A stretch of DNA of 63,644 nucleotides, the filler included, from Octopus bimaculoides (lineage: Eukaryota): the NCBI RefSeq assembly GCF_001194135.2. It is 12 parts of 9 records of this genome, joined end to end, with 100 filler letters (N's around TTAATTAATTAA, not from the genome) between each part and the next. Parts side by side here need not be neighbours in the genome. Positions count along the whole stretch, not along the records: positions 17,592 to 28,882 come from NC_068991.1; positions 28,983 to 32,477 come from NC_069000.1; positions 32,578 to 34,850 come from NC_068982.1; positions 34,951 to 36,703 come from NC_068985.1; 8 more parts are not named here. One strand, written 5' to 3'. How positions within the stretch are numbered: the stretch's first letter is position 1; every line of letters starts with the position of its first letter. The notes under the pieces were generated by a model, which did no database searches, was not told the DNA's origin, and was given only the letters and a program-made list of their open reading frames with translations. This document shows, piece by piece, positions 25,669 to 35,907 of the stretch. Made by a program: the position numbers and the translations under genes.

Positions 25669-27183
25669 TTAATCCATTTTCTTCTTTTTTACACAACAAC
25701 ATCGATAACATTTTTGAATGACAAATTTTACCAAACACAGTGAGACAATAATTACAGCCAAAAACACAGCATATATATCCAGCATGAGAAATTGGTAAAG
25801 TGGCATAGACTGAAAGGGAGAACTGAAGTAATTTCCACCATATTTAATCACATTGTCTATATAGCGTGCACCTTTAGCTGCAGGACTTTCTGGACGAGAA
25901 TGGAATATTTCACTGGCTATTTTAATCTTGTTTTTATATTTGGGATTTACAATCAGTTCATTAATGGTTAAAACAAGCTCATCTTTCGTGTAATTAAACA
26001 TATCCATAGAGATTCCATATCCCTTTACTTGCATTCGGTAACCATTGTGAGACTGATCAGCAAAGACTGGAAAACCAAGCATAGGTACTCCATGGTAGAG
26101 AGACTCAAACTGACCACTATTACCACAATGTGTAATAAAGAGTTTTGTTTTTGGATGACCCAAAAGATCATTTTGTGGTAGCCATTTTGTTACAAAGATG
26201 TTTGGAGCTAAATACTTTGAAGCTGATAGTTTCCAAATCACATCATATTTTATTTCTTTAAAAGCCATCTCCATCTTTTTTATATGTTCTTCTGGTACTT
26301 TACTGACAATACTTCCAAAAGAAACAACAATGATTCCATTGTTCGATTTGTCGACAAATTTTTTGACATCACCTTCTAATGGAGCTGCTTTACGTGCTGC
26401 CACACCACCAATATATTTAACATTTGGAAGTGCTGGCAGAGGCTGGCTCAGTAAAAAATCAGTTTCAGTTAAATACAATTCTGCCTGGTGTAAGAGACTA
26501 CGAAATGAAATATCAGGTTTCTCTGGAGCATATTCTTTAACACTTCTTGAAGGCATACCCATTGGCTTTGCAAAATACATGTAATATGCTACAACAGCAC
26601 CTTTCAGCCTTTGAAAAAACGTAATTTTATTGGGGTTTTGAAAACCTATGGAAGTGAAAACAGCTGGAAGCCAGGGATTTCGACTAACAATTGGTGGTCC
26701 AGGATTGATACCTTGAAACACAAATGGTATGGATAATCTATAAGGAATTATTGCCAAACAATTACTCATAAAGACAAAGTCTATCACAGCTATGGAAGCA
26801 TTTACCTTCTTCAAATATTGGAACCAATCTTCATCTAAAAGAAAATTATCACAAACTTTATTCATAATTTTAAACATATCCTTTATTGTAGAGTTCCCAC
26901 TCAAAAAATAGTCGAGGGTTGTTTCAAAAAATTTGTCAACATTGGGATCATCTTTCATCTTCAGAAGTTCAACACCTTTGAATGACTGAAACATTTTTGC
27001 CATTTTATCTGTCATCGGAAAATAACTGGTGTGACCATATTTGCTCAGCTCACTCCCCACATAAGCCAGACTCTGTAAGTGACTAAAGTATGGCCATGAA
27101 AGTAGCAGGACATTATCAGCTTTGGTATATTTCACTCCAGCTGAAATGCTGAATACAATTAGACTAAACCATATTAGGTTCAT
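25669..27183 (-). CDS. UDP-glycosyltransferase (UGT-B), intact, 504 aa, ER-membrane type
   Basis: Signal peptide, His35, Asp135, UGT signature WLPQNDLLGHPKTKLFITHCGNSGQFESLYHGVPMLGFPVFADQ, C-terminal TM helix and KKKKMD dilysine tail. Single coding exon. Confidence 0.96.
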   Translation of the reverse strand: MNLIWFSLIVFSISAGVKYTKADNVLLLSWPYFSHLQSLAYVGSELSKYGHTSYFPMTDKMAKMFQSFKGVELLKMKDDPNVDKFFETTLDYFLSGNSTIKDMFKIMNKVCDNFLLDEDWFQYLKKVNASIAVIDFVFMSNCLAIIPYRLSIPFVFQGINPGPPIVSRNPWLPAVFTSIGFQNPNKITFFQRLKGAVVAYYMYFAKPMGMPSRSVKEYAPEKPDISFRSLLHQAELYLTETDFLLSQPLPALPNVKYIGGVAARKAAPLEGDVKKFVDKSNNGIIVVSFGSIVSKVPEEHIKKMEMAFKEIKYDVIWKLSASKYLAPNIFVTKWLPQNDLLGHPKTKLFITHCGNSGQFESLYHGVPMLGFPVFADQSHNGYRMQVKGYGISMDMFNYTKDELVLTINELIVNPKYKNKIKIASEIFHSRPESPAAKGARYIDNVIKYGGNYFSSPFQSMPLYQFLMLDIYAVFLAVIIVSLCLVKFVIQKCYRCCCVKKKKMD

Positions 27184-27220
27184 TGTACTTTTTGGTTAGA
27201 TTTCTTATTGATGGATATTT

Positions 27221-27240
27221 CTGTAAATAAAACAAAAATT
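27221..27240 (-). promoter_or_regulatory. Splice acceptor of a 5'-UTR intron of UGT-B
   Basis: Minus strand reads TTTTGTTTTATTTACAG (AG at 27222-27221), 37 nt upstream of the ATG; same layout as UGT-A. Confidence 0.7.
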
Positions 27241-29379
27241 TCAATTCAGAGGAAATAAAATAAAATTTAAGTTATTACTCATCAGATCATCATCATTATT
27301 TTTCAAAGTTATCACCATTACATGTTGAAAATACACATTTCTGGGGTAAACAAAAGGATATGTGTAGTGTTGATGCCAACCACTTTACAGACAATATTTA
27401 GCACATTTTGTCATGACATCAGCACTATAGAAGTTGTTTCATTCTTGACAAGGCTAAAGCATTCTCTCCACTCTACATTTTCTCCATTCATTCACCGACA
27501 CTGGAAACTTATCTTGCCTTTTGGCTGCAACAGAAAGATCAACTGTTTTGTCAGAAGCAGACAGAAAAGTTATGTAAGACAATCAGAGTGAGAAGGTGAT
27601 GGAGGAAGGAATAAAGGAAGAGAGAAAATGACAGCAGTGGAAGAGTGTTTGGGTGGGAGGGTGGTAGAGGAGACAATAAAGGAGAAATGATAGTAGTGGG
27701 AGAGTGAGAGAAATAGGAAAGCAAGAGAGAAGAAGCAGGAGGATGATAAAGGACAAAGTAAAGAAAGAGAAACAATGATAGACAACTACATGATGTCTCT
27801 TGGTAAGGAGCTTAAAAAGCAAACAGCATGAGTGGTATGATTGAGGATGAGAGAAAATGACAGAATTACAGAGTTGGTCAAAGATTTGGAGAATAAAATT
27901 CCAAACAAGGAAGTAAAGTCTTGAATTGAAAGGCCTTAAAGAAAACTCAGCAATGGTTAAAATTTTAATAAATCATAAAAGCATGGGCCTAAAACTATCA
28001 GGAAAATTGTCATGATTTGATAAGAAGAAAAGAGAAGAAATTTTGTGTTGTATCAAATGTAAACTGGAACTGCACAAGTGATATAGTGAGAACACAAATA
28101 GATGAACAGAGAAGATAAACTTCATAGGTAGTAGATGCACAGGTACAACAGATTCTTTGAAATGTGCAGTGGGAGTGGTGGTTCTGAAAGCATAGCAGTT
28201 AGAAAGAGAATGGTTTGGAATAAGTTAGGGTTTATTTTCTCAGCTAGTGGTAAGTGTTTCTCTTTCAGAATAAATTACTCCATAGAGTTCATTCCATGAC
28301 ACTTTGCCCTCACCCAAGCAATAATGGTTAAAGACATGCATGCATGCATCCATTGTTCCATCCATCTATGCTGACAATTTTATTAATGATAGAAAATGAT
28401 GCAGCCATTCAAAACAATGATAGAAACCATTGATAAATTCGTTACCAAAGAACTTAGCACTTTCTATTTAACAGTAAAATGCTACAAATTATTCATAAAA
28501 TTGACAGTGCTTTTTATATCAATGAAACTTTTTATAACAAATTTTTTAATGAGTGTGTGTAAGAAAGTAAGTATTAAACTATTTTCTTTTACTTGAAAGC
28601 AATTTTTCTAAAGCAACTACCATTGCGTTCTGTGAGTCATTGATTTTTGTCTTTTTCCATTTAATCATGATACCTCTCAATTTATGCAATTTTAAAACTG
28701 TTATTACAATAGGCACAGGTATGGCTGTGTGGTTAAGAAGCACCTTTTGCAACCATGTGATTTCTGGATCAGTCCTACTGTGTGGCACCTTGGACAAGTG
28801 TCTTCTACTATAGCTCCAAGCTAACCAATGCCCCAAGAGTGGATTTGGTAGATGAAAATATGTGAAAGCTCATATATATATANNNNNNNNNNNNNNNNNN
28901 NNNNNNNNNNNNNNNNNNNNNNNNNNTTAATTAATTAANNNNNNNNNNNNNNNNNNNNNNNNNNNNNNNNNNNNNNNNNNNNAAGCTCTACTTGCCTAAA
29001 GTCTATTATTAAATGGATTCTATATTTTTAGACAATGCTCTTTTTTTCTGCTCTTTTTTTTTTTTACTTTATTTTCTTTTATGTATAAATCTTATTTTAT
29101 TTCTTCTTTGATTTCGCATCGTCATCGTCTTTTGACAATAGAGACCGAATCTGGTGAAACAGTAGAGTGTACATGTCGTCTGGATAGACATAGTGTGTAG
29201 ATGTTGACTGAACAGATCTATATGGACTGCAGATGTTGTCTGGATAAATAGGCAGAGTGCGTACATCGTGGTTAGGTTATACCCAGTCAACATCTCACTG
29301 CAACGTCTGTAGATATAATGTACGTATATAGACAAAGTATAGAGGCAGCTGGCATGTCTCTTGCTATATAAATGGTTTT

Positions 29380-30250
29380 AGAAGAAGCAAATTTAGGAAA
29401 GGATTCGTATGCATATCGAAGGAATTTCGTTCAAAAATTACTATCAGTACAAATCTGAGAATCGTCAAATTTTTAGATTGTAGGCAGCATTGCCCCAAAA
29501 GAATGCTAAAGGAAATTTTAATTCAAATATTTCTCCCCCACCACTTAGTAGGCAATAAAAGTAACAGGGTGTACAACCTATCATCCAACAGGGATTTTTC
29601 AATTAAGCCGCTCCTTATAATAATAACGCATTGATAAAAATGGCTTCAAAGAAAACATGTAAAGCATGTCTCACAAAACAGAAGGAGATGCAGATACATT
29701 ACATTATTACCCCCTCTACAGTATAAATATTGCATTCAGTATACTTTGTAGTTTGCTCTCCTTGAGAAAAAAATATTTCTCCGTAACGCATAAATTTCAT
29801 AAGCTATAAAATAAGAGCACTGTCAAGATTAGCTATAGTCGCTTTGATAGTATTTCAAAGTTATAGAATAGAAGTACATCCATTCAATTGCCATAATGTA
29901 ATTACAGCCGCAACGCATCTACTCTACTTAACAGTAAATGTCTCATAAAGACGCTTCTAATCAGATGAATCTAAGATTTGCTGATGATAGCAAAAACAAC
30001 GATACAGAGCTCACGGAAAATATACTCAAATCTAGAAACACATGGTATATTCATATCTTTAGATCCAGAAATATGATCAATACATCTTCGTCTGAATATT
30101 TCTGGAAACTGAAGGATAATTGACTTAACAATATTCCTATACACGGGAGATTGTTGAAACTGCAATCTAATATCCCAACGTGTCAAAGAGATGTAGATCA
30201 GGGTTTGTTGAGAATCATGACATTTCGAAGCAATATTTGGGCATTTTGAG
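29380..30250 (+). mobile_element. Penelope-like retroelement remnant (RT end plus GIY-YIG endonuclease)
   Basis: Frameshifted peptides ITISTNLRIVKFLD, KSTVKISYS, a KCL-containing Cys region, and TELTENILKSR...SEYFWKLKDN, in the order expected for PLE ORFs (from my recall of family motifs). Confidence 0.6.
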
Positions 30251-30681
30251 TAAAATAGCTAAAAATCTAACTGCGTCAAAACATAAGAATAGATTTTCGT
30301 GACCATTTCAACATCATACCCAGTAGCCCTCCGCCCCCCCCGTGACACAAACCCTAGGCAGCTGAAAACACAAAACTGCAAAAACTCTACTCCGCCACCT
30401 CTAATTTAGTATCACCTCACACATCCGGTAAGAATGGCAAGTAAACTGGTCATTTCTATAGAAAACCTTTCCATCCATTAACAAACCAACCGGTCTTATG
30501 TGAGCGCTCACTCCAACCATCATCACATGACCAAAGCTGACAAAAATACTGGTTACATAAATATTAAATATAATTAATATTTTNNNNNNNNNNNNNNNNN
30601 NNNNNNNNNNNNNNNNNNNNNNNNNNNNNNNNNNNNNNNNNNNNNNNNNNNNNNNNNNNNNNNNNNNNNNNNNNNNNNNNN

Positions 30682-30722
<41 letters not shown>

Positions 30723-31070
30723 TATATATATATTAAATATATACTTTTATAAAACAAATTTTACAAAATATATAGTATCTGTTAACAGTCTTACCCTATT
30801 GAAATGTGCATAGGTTTGGCTTATTGTGGTTGTTTCTGTTATTATAATTGTTGCTGCAATAAAGTATCTTCAATGCATTGTATTTCTATATCATATTTAT
30901 ATATTTATTTTCTCTTAAAGTTCTTGATAATGATATCAGGGCGTTTTTACAGACGTTGGTTGGAACCAAGGGTGAGATCTGACAGCCAGAACTATAAACA
31001 AACAGGTCACAGAGTATGCACCAGTCTACAAGTAAAGACGGGCATCATCAACAGAACAACAACAGCAACA

Positions 31071-31112
<42 letters not shown>

Positions 31113-31337
31113 TGGTAATATTTTTTAAAACTGCTATTAAGTGATAATCGAGGAGGTTTGCTTTCCAGTCAGTTTGATCGAAACAGAAAGAGAGTTCTTG
31201 GCACATTTCAAGAATATCCNNNNNNNNNNATCTTTTTCAAGAATAATAAATATATATACTTATGTGTGTGTGTACATATATTATATAAATATCCATACAT
31301 ATTTGTATATGAACATACATACATATATGCATATACA

Positions 31338-31368
<31 letters not shown>

Positions 31369-31493
31369 CATGTATGCGTATAAATCTTGTTTATATATAC
31401 GTATATACATAAACACATATACATATATACATGTATGTATATGTGCGTCTATATACATACATATATATATACCTGTGTGTATGTCTGTGTATA

Positions 31494-31574
<81 letters not shown>

Positions 31575-31630
31575 NNNNNNNNNNNNNNNNNNNNNNNNNN
31601 NNNNNNNNNNNNNNNNNNNNNNNNNNNNNN

Positions 31631-31706
<76 letters not shown>

Positions 31707-32322
31707 TCGTACATATATACATATATATATATATGTATATATATGAATGTATATATGTATATGTGTTTATGTGTTTGTATTTATTGTTTACGACTGACGG
31801 CATCTGACGTTCTGGACTAATTTTGTGGGTACAGGGTGAGGTGGAAGGAGGGGGGAGGAGGTGTTCCCATAAAAACTTTGCAAACATTACCCAGATACAT
31901 GTATATACACCATATTGAAATCATCATCATCATCATCATCGTCGTCGTCGTCGTCGTCGTCGTTGTTGTTGTTGTTATTTTGAATTTTATGAAATAAAGA
32001 ACTTTTCTGTATTGAATAATGATGTCGTCTACATATGTTTATCGATTTATTGCTTGTTGATGATTGCTTTTAATGACGACACCAAATCGATCCATGTGTG
32101 TGTGTGTGTGTGTGTGAGGAAGTGATATATCTTGTCACAGATAAAATTTTAGTCTCTACATTAAGCGCTAAGCTGATAACATACATACGTACCTACATTT
32201 ATACATACATATATATATACATGCATGCACACACACACACAAAATACATACAGATATATAAAGAGATGGAGACACAGAAAGAGGCTCAGTACACACACAG
32301 AAGCATATACGCATACACACAA

Positions 32323-32373
<51 letters not shown>

Positions 32374-32577
32374 TGTGTGTGTGTGTTGAAGGTGGTGAGC
32401 TGGCAGAATGGTTAGCACGCCGGGCAAATGCCTAGCGGTATTTCGTCCGTCCTTACGTTCTGAGTTCAAATTCTGCCNNNNNNNNNNNNNNNNNNNNNNN
32501 NNNNNNNNNNNNNNNNNNNNNTTAATTAATTAANNNNNNNNNNNNNNNNNNNNNNNNNNNNNNNNNNNNNNNNNNNN

Positions 32578-32629
<52 letters not shown>

Positions 32630-33707
32630 GTGCGTGTGTGTGTGTGTGTGTGTATAAAGGTAAAATCGACGACGAATATTACTATCGGTATTAATATAGG
32701 CGCATAATTTCTACCATTGAAAACAAGCAGTGTTCTTTTAAAGAGAGGCATCATTTCGTTGCATATCTTCGGCATATACAATTCCAAGTCTTGACAGTTA
32801 ACTTTTTCAAAATGAGTCGGTACAAAATAATGCAGTGCAAATGCATATTCTAAGAGTCTAACCTAATATTATACCTTACCTATTTTCCGCTAATTTTTTT
32901 TTCCTTTCTCTACCGCTACAGCACTACAACATTTTTGGTGTATCCGGATTTAAATATAACTTACTTGTTACATCTCTCTACCTATATTACATACATTTAT
33001 TCACGTTCATGTGTTCTGAAGCTTTGAATCATAGTAATTTATATTTTCTGCACTTCCTTCAAAGGTTAGAGAAAAATACCATGTGCTAACACAAGAACTT
33101 GTACGAAAATGATTGCGAAGATGATAACTAAAGTCTATCTCAGACCTCACGCGATTTAGATTCCTTATCTCCTCCCGCTGTTCCTCGCGCAACTGTTCTC
33201 TCCTTCTACGCTGACGTTCTCGTGCTGCGTCCCTCATGCAATTATCCATATTTTAGAAATTGTTATTAAAACAATAAATCTCCAAAATGATTCAGAGTGT
33301 TTCAATTAAAAAAAATATATTAGTTTTTGTTTAAAAGGTGAAAATATTTCTGAAATGCCTAATATGAAATGATACAGTATATAGGATATGGTAATTAATT
33401 ACATTGTAGGAAAGTAAACGGAAAAAATAGAATATTTTTGATTTTGTTCGGCTCTATGAATTTCAAATGCTTTCGTCAATTGCTTGATAAAAGAAAAAAA
33501 AATGGGAAAAAATCCAGACCAAACAGAGAAATTTTAACTTAACAAAAAATATAGAAAGAGAAAGTTGCGTTTATTTCCACCACGTGATACTTATTATCGC
33601 ACACACACACACACAGGGGTCAATTTCTGTTCAGTCGTAGAAAGGAATTCAAATACCCATTAGACATTCCGAAAAGACAGTTTCATGTCATCTCTCTCTC
33701 TCCCCAC

Positions 33708-33739
<32 letters not shown>

Positions 33740-34039
33740 TTCTCACTTCCTCTCTTCTTTGCTCGGCACACGTCAAATTTAAGTATCTTAATTTTGTCAT
33801 ACTGATCATGGCTGCGTTGGTGGCCCCATAGGCATGGGTCTCGAGTAGTAGTAATACAACACGTAGGTGGTGGTTTCAAATTTCTCCCAGAAATTAGAAG
33901 AGATCTAGTTAAAACGTTTTATTTAAGCAATAAAATTTCTTTCAATAATGTTTTTCTCTTCAGCGTGAAACAAATTGGCGTATTAATATTATTGATAACA
34001 ATAAGGAGGAGGAGGAGGAGATGATGAAGAGGAAGGAGA

Positions 34040-34530
34040 TGGTATAGGCACACCCCAGAAAAGGTCATAGAAAATGAGAAACCAATTATAAACTGGGATC
34101 TGCCAGTATACTCAGATAGAGAAATTAAGGCCAATAGGCCGAATATAGATGTCAGTGATCAAGAAAAAGAAATTGCTTTCGAATCGATGTATCAATTCCA
34201 AATAGATGACAATGTTTCTCTAAAAGAAGCGGAGAAAATTTCAAAATACAAAGATCTGAAATAGAGGTAACACGAATGTGAAGGCTAAAAACAGAAACAA
34301 TTCCTATTATTGTAGGCTCATTAGGTATGATAAAAAAAAAACGAGCATTCAAACAAATACATAACAAAGACACAAGAACTTACAATTATATATAACAGAC
34401 AGAAGATAGCACTATTAGGCACCGCACACACCCTACGTAAAACACTTTCAACACAACAAGAAACCACAGCATGTACCCAAGGTACACAGAGCTGCGATCG
34501 GTAGTGCAGTGAAAGGACGTGATATAAAAA
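34040..34530 (+). mobile_element. R4/Dong-clade non-LTR retrotransposon, 3' end (restriction-like endonuclease plus 3' UTR)
   Basis: Frameshifted WYRHTPEKVIENEK...NWD...DREIKANRP, EKISKYKDL, TIPIIVGSLG and QKIALLGTAHTLRK, followed by a (TAA)n tail. Confidence 0.8.
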
Positions 34531-34547
34531 AAGACTACTGAATAATG

Positions 34548-34588
<41 letters not shown>
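34531..34588. repeat. (TAA)n microsatellite between two LINE fragments
   Basis: Direct reading. Confidence 0.9.
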
Positions 34589-34589
<1 letters not shown>

Positions 34590-34590
34590 G

Positions 34591-34849
34591 ACAGTGCTAC
34601 AGCTCCAAACAAAAGAGGGACTTATGAAAACGAAAGCCATCCCCATTAGAAGAGGAATATTCCAGGGAGACACGCTCTCTCCACTCCTGTTCTGCCTGGC
34701 ACTCACACCTTTAACTGAATTGCTAAATAGAACTGGATGCGGATACAAATGCTACGGAAAAACAGTCAGCCACCTTCTATATATGGATGACCTAAAATTA
34801 TATGCTAAAAACGACAAAGAGCTAGAAACACTACTACAGACAGTATACG
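34591..34849 (+). mobile_element. R4/Dong-clade reverse transcriptase fragment (second, 5'-truncated copy; runs into a gap)
   Basis: IRRGIFQGDTLSPLLFCLAL...SHLLYMDDLKLYAKND (RT motifs including the YMDD catalytic box). Confidence 0.9.
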
Positions 34850-35024
34850 GNNNNNNNNNNNNNNNNNNNNNNNNNNNNNNNNNNNNNNNNNNNNTTAATT
34901 AATTAANNNNNNNNNNNNNNNNNNNNNNNNNNNNNNNNNNNNNNNNNNNNAGGGGTATATATATATATATATATAAATTGAGGGGTGAGTGGGAGAACGT
35001 GAGAACGTATGTTAAACGAAAATT

Positions 35025-35810
35025 TTACTTGTAAAAGTATAGTTCTTTTGTTAACATGCTTACTATGGAAGGAACTTGCTTCATTTTATTCAGCGAAGAA
35101 TCTTTGCTACTAGACTCATATTCATAGGCAACCCTACGATTTACCGAAAGCATTAATTGTTGCAGTTCAAGTCGGTCTCCGTCTTTTTCCAAAATGTGGG
35201 CTAACGACTGAATAAACCACGATCCATTAGTAGAATCTGTCTAGGAATAAAATCCAGGGACAGTGGAATAACCTAGAAGAACGTCTGCCCAAAGTGGTAC
35301 TTTGTGAGATGTAACATTTTGATATTCGCCTCCAAAAGCAGCGGCATCGTGCATAATTACTCCACTGTCCATTTTCGTTCCCCGACAGGCTTGTATGAAG
35401 AATAGTTTTGGCTTACATATTAAACCTGGGCATCTATCAGGAAGCAACATCTCCACTAAATCGTTAAGATTTACCTTACCATCAGTACCATAAATCTGGT
35501 CATCGTCTTCACCGTGGGTCAATAAAACACAAACGAAACAGTTATAGTTCCCATGGTCCATCGTGGATATATCCGTAAAGATTTGTTTCATGCTTTTCAC
35601 TGATAAATTCTTGCGGTTAATCACCTTAAAATGCAATGACTCCAATGTCCGTTTAATCGCCGATGCATCTTCATCGGTTCCTTCTCTTCTAGACATTCCT
35701 GTCGATTCGTCGAAACTTTCATTGTCGATTATTAGAGCCAGGTTCTTTTTATTACGATCCATGTTATATCTGGTATTTACGGATTCGGTGCTGTTTTCAA
35801 CAGACATCAT
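35025..35810 (-). CDS. Caspase-3/7-like effector caspase with an in-frame TAG at 35243-35241 (pseudogene or editing-rescued gene)
   Basis: LALIIDN, R42 (S1 Arg), LLTHG (His99), KPKLFFIQACRG (Cys142), and inter-subunit IMHD/A. After the TAG the frame continues for 71 aa as a small subunit: TDSTNGSWFIQSL...VNRRVA...KQVPSIVSMLTKELYFYK-TAA (35027-35025). Confidence 0.93.
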
Positions 35811-35845
35811 TTTAACATCTTCCAGTTGTGAATCGGGATTTCTCT

Positions 35846-35907
35846 CTTAAAAAAAATACCTTTAACGTTTCGTGCACCTGTGTAGTCCATGGTTGATCGG
35901 AATATCT
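35846..35907 (-). promoter_or_regulatory. Splice-signal cluster and Kozak ATG upstream of the caspase
   Basis: Minus strand: pyrimidine tract...TTTATAG acceptor (35907-35906), ACCATGG (ATG 35890-35888), AAAG/GTATTT donor-like site (35859), and TTTTTTTTAAG acceptor (35847-35846). Confidence 0.5.

Noticed and set aside
22537-26584. Antisense or alternative-frame ORFs inside the UGTs (22537-22755, 23274-23489, 26198-26584)
   Set aside because: They are shadows of the real coding frames, with no independent motifs.
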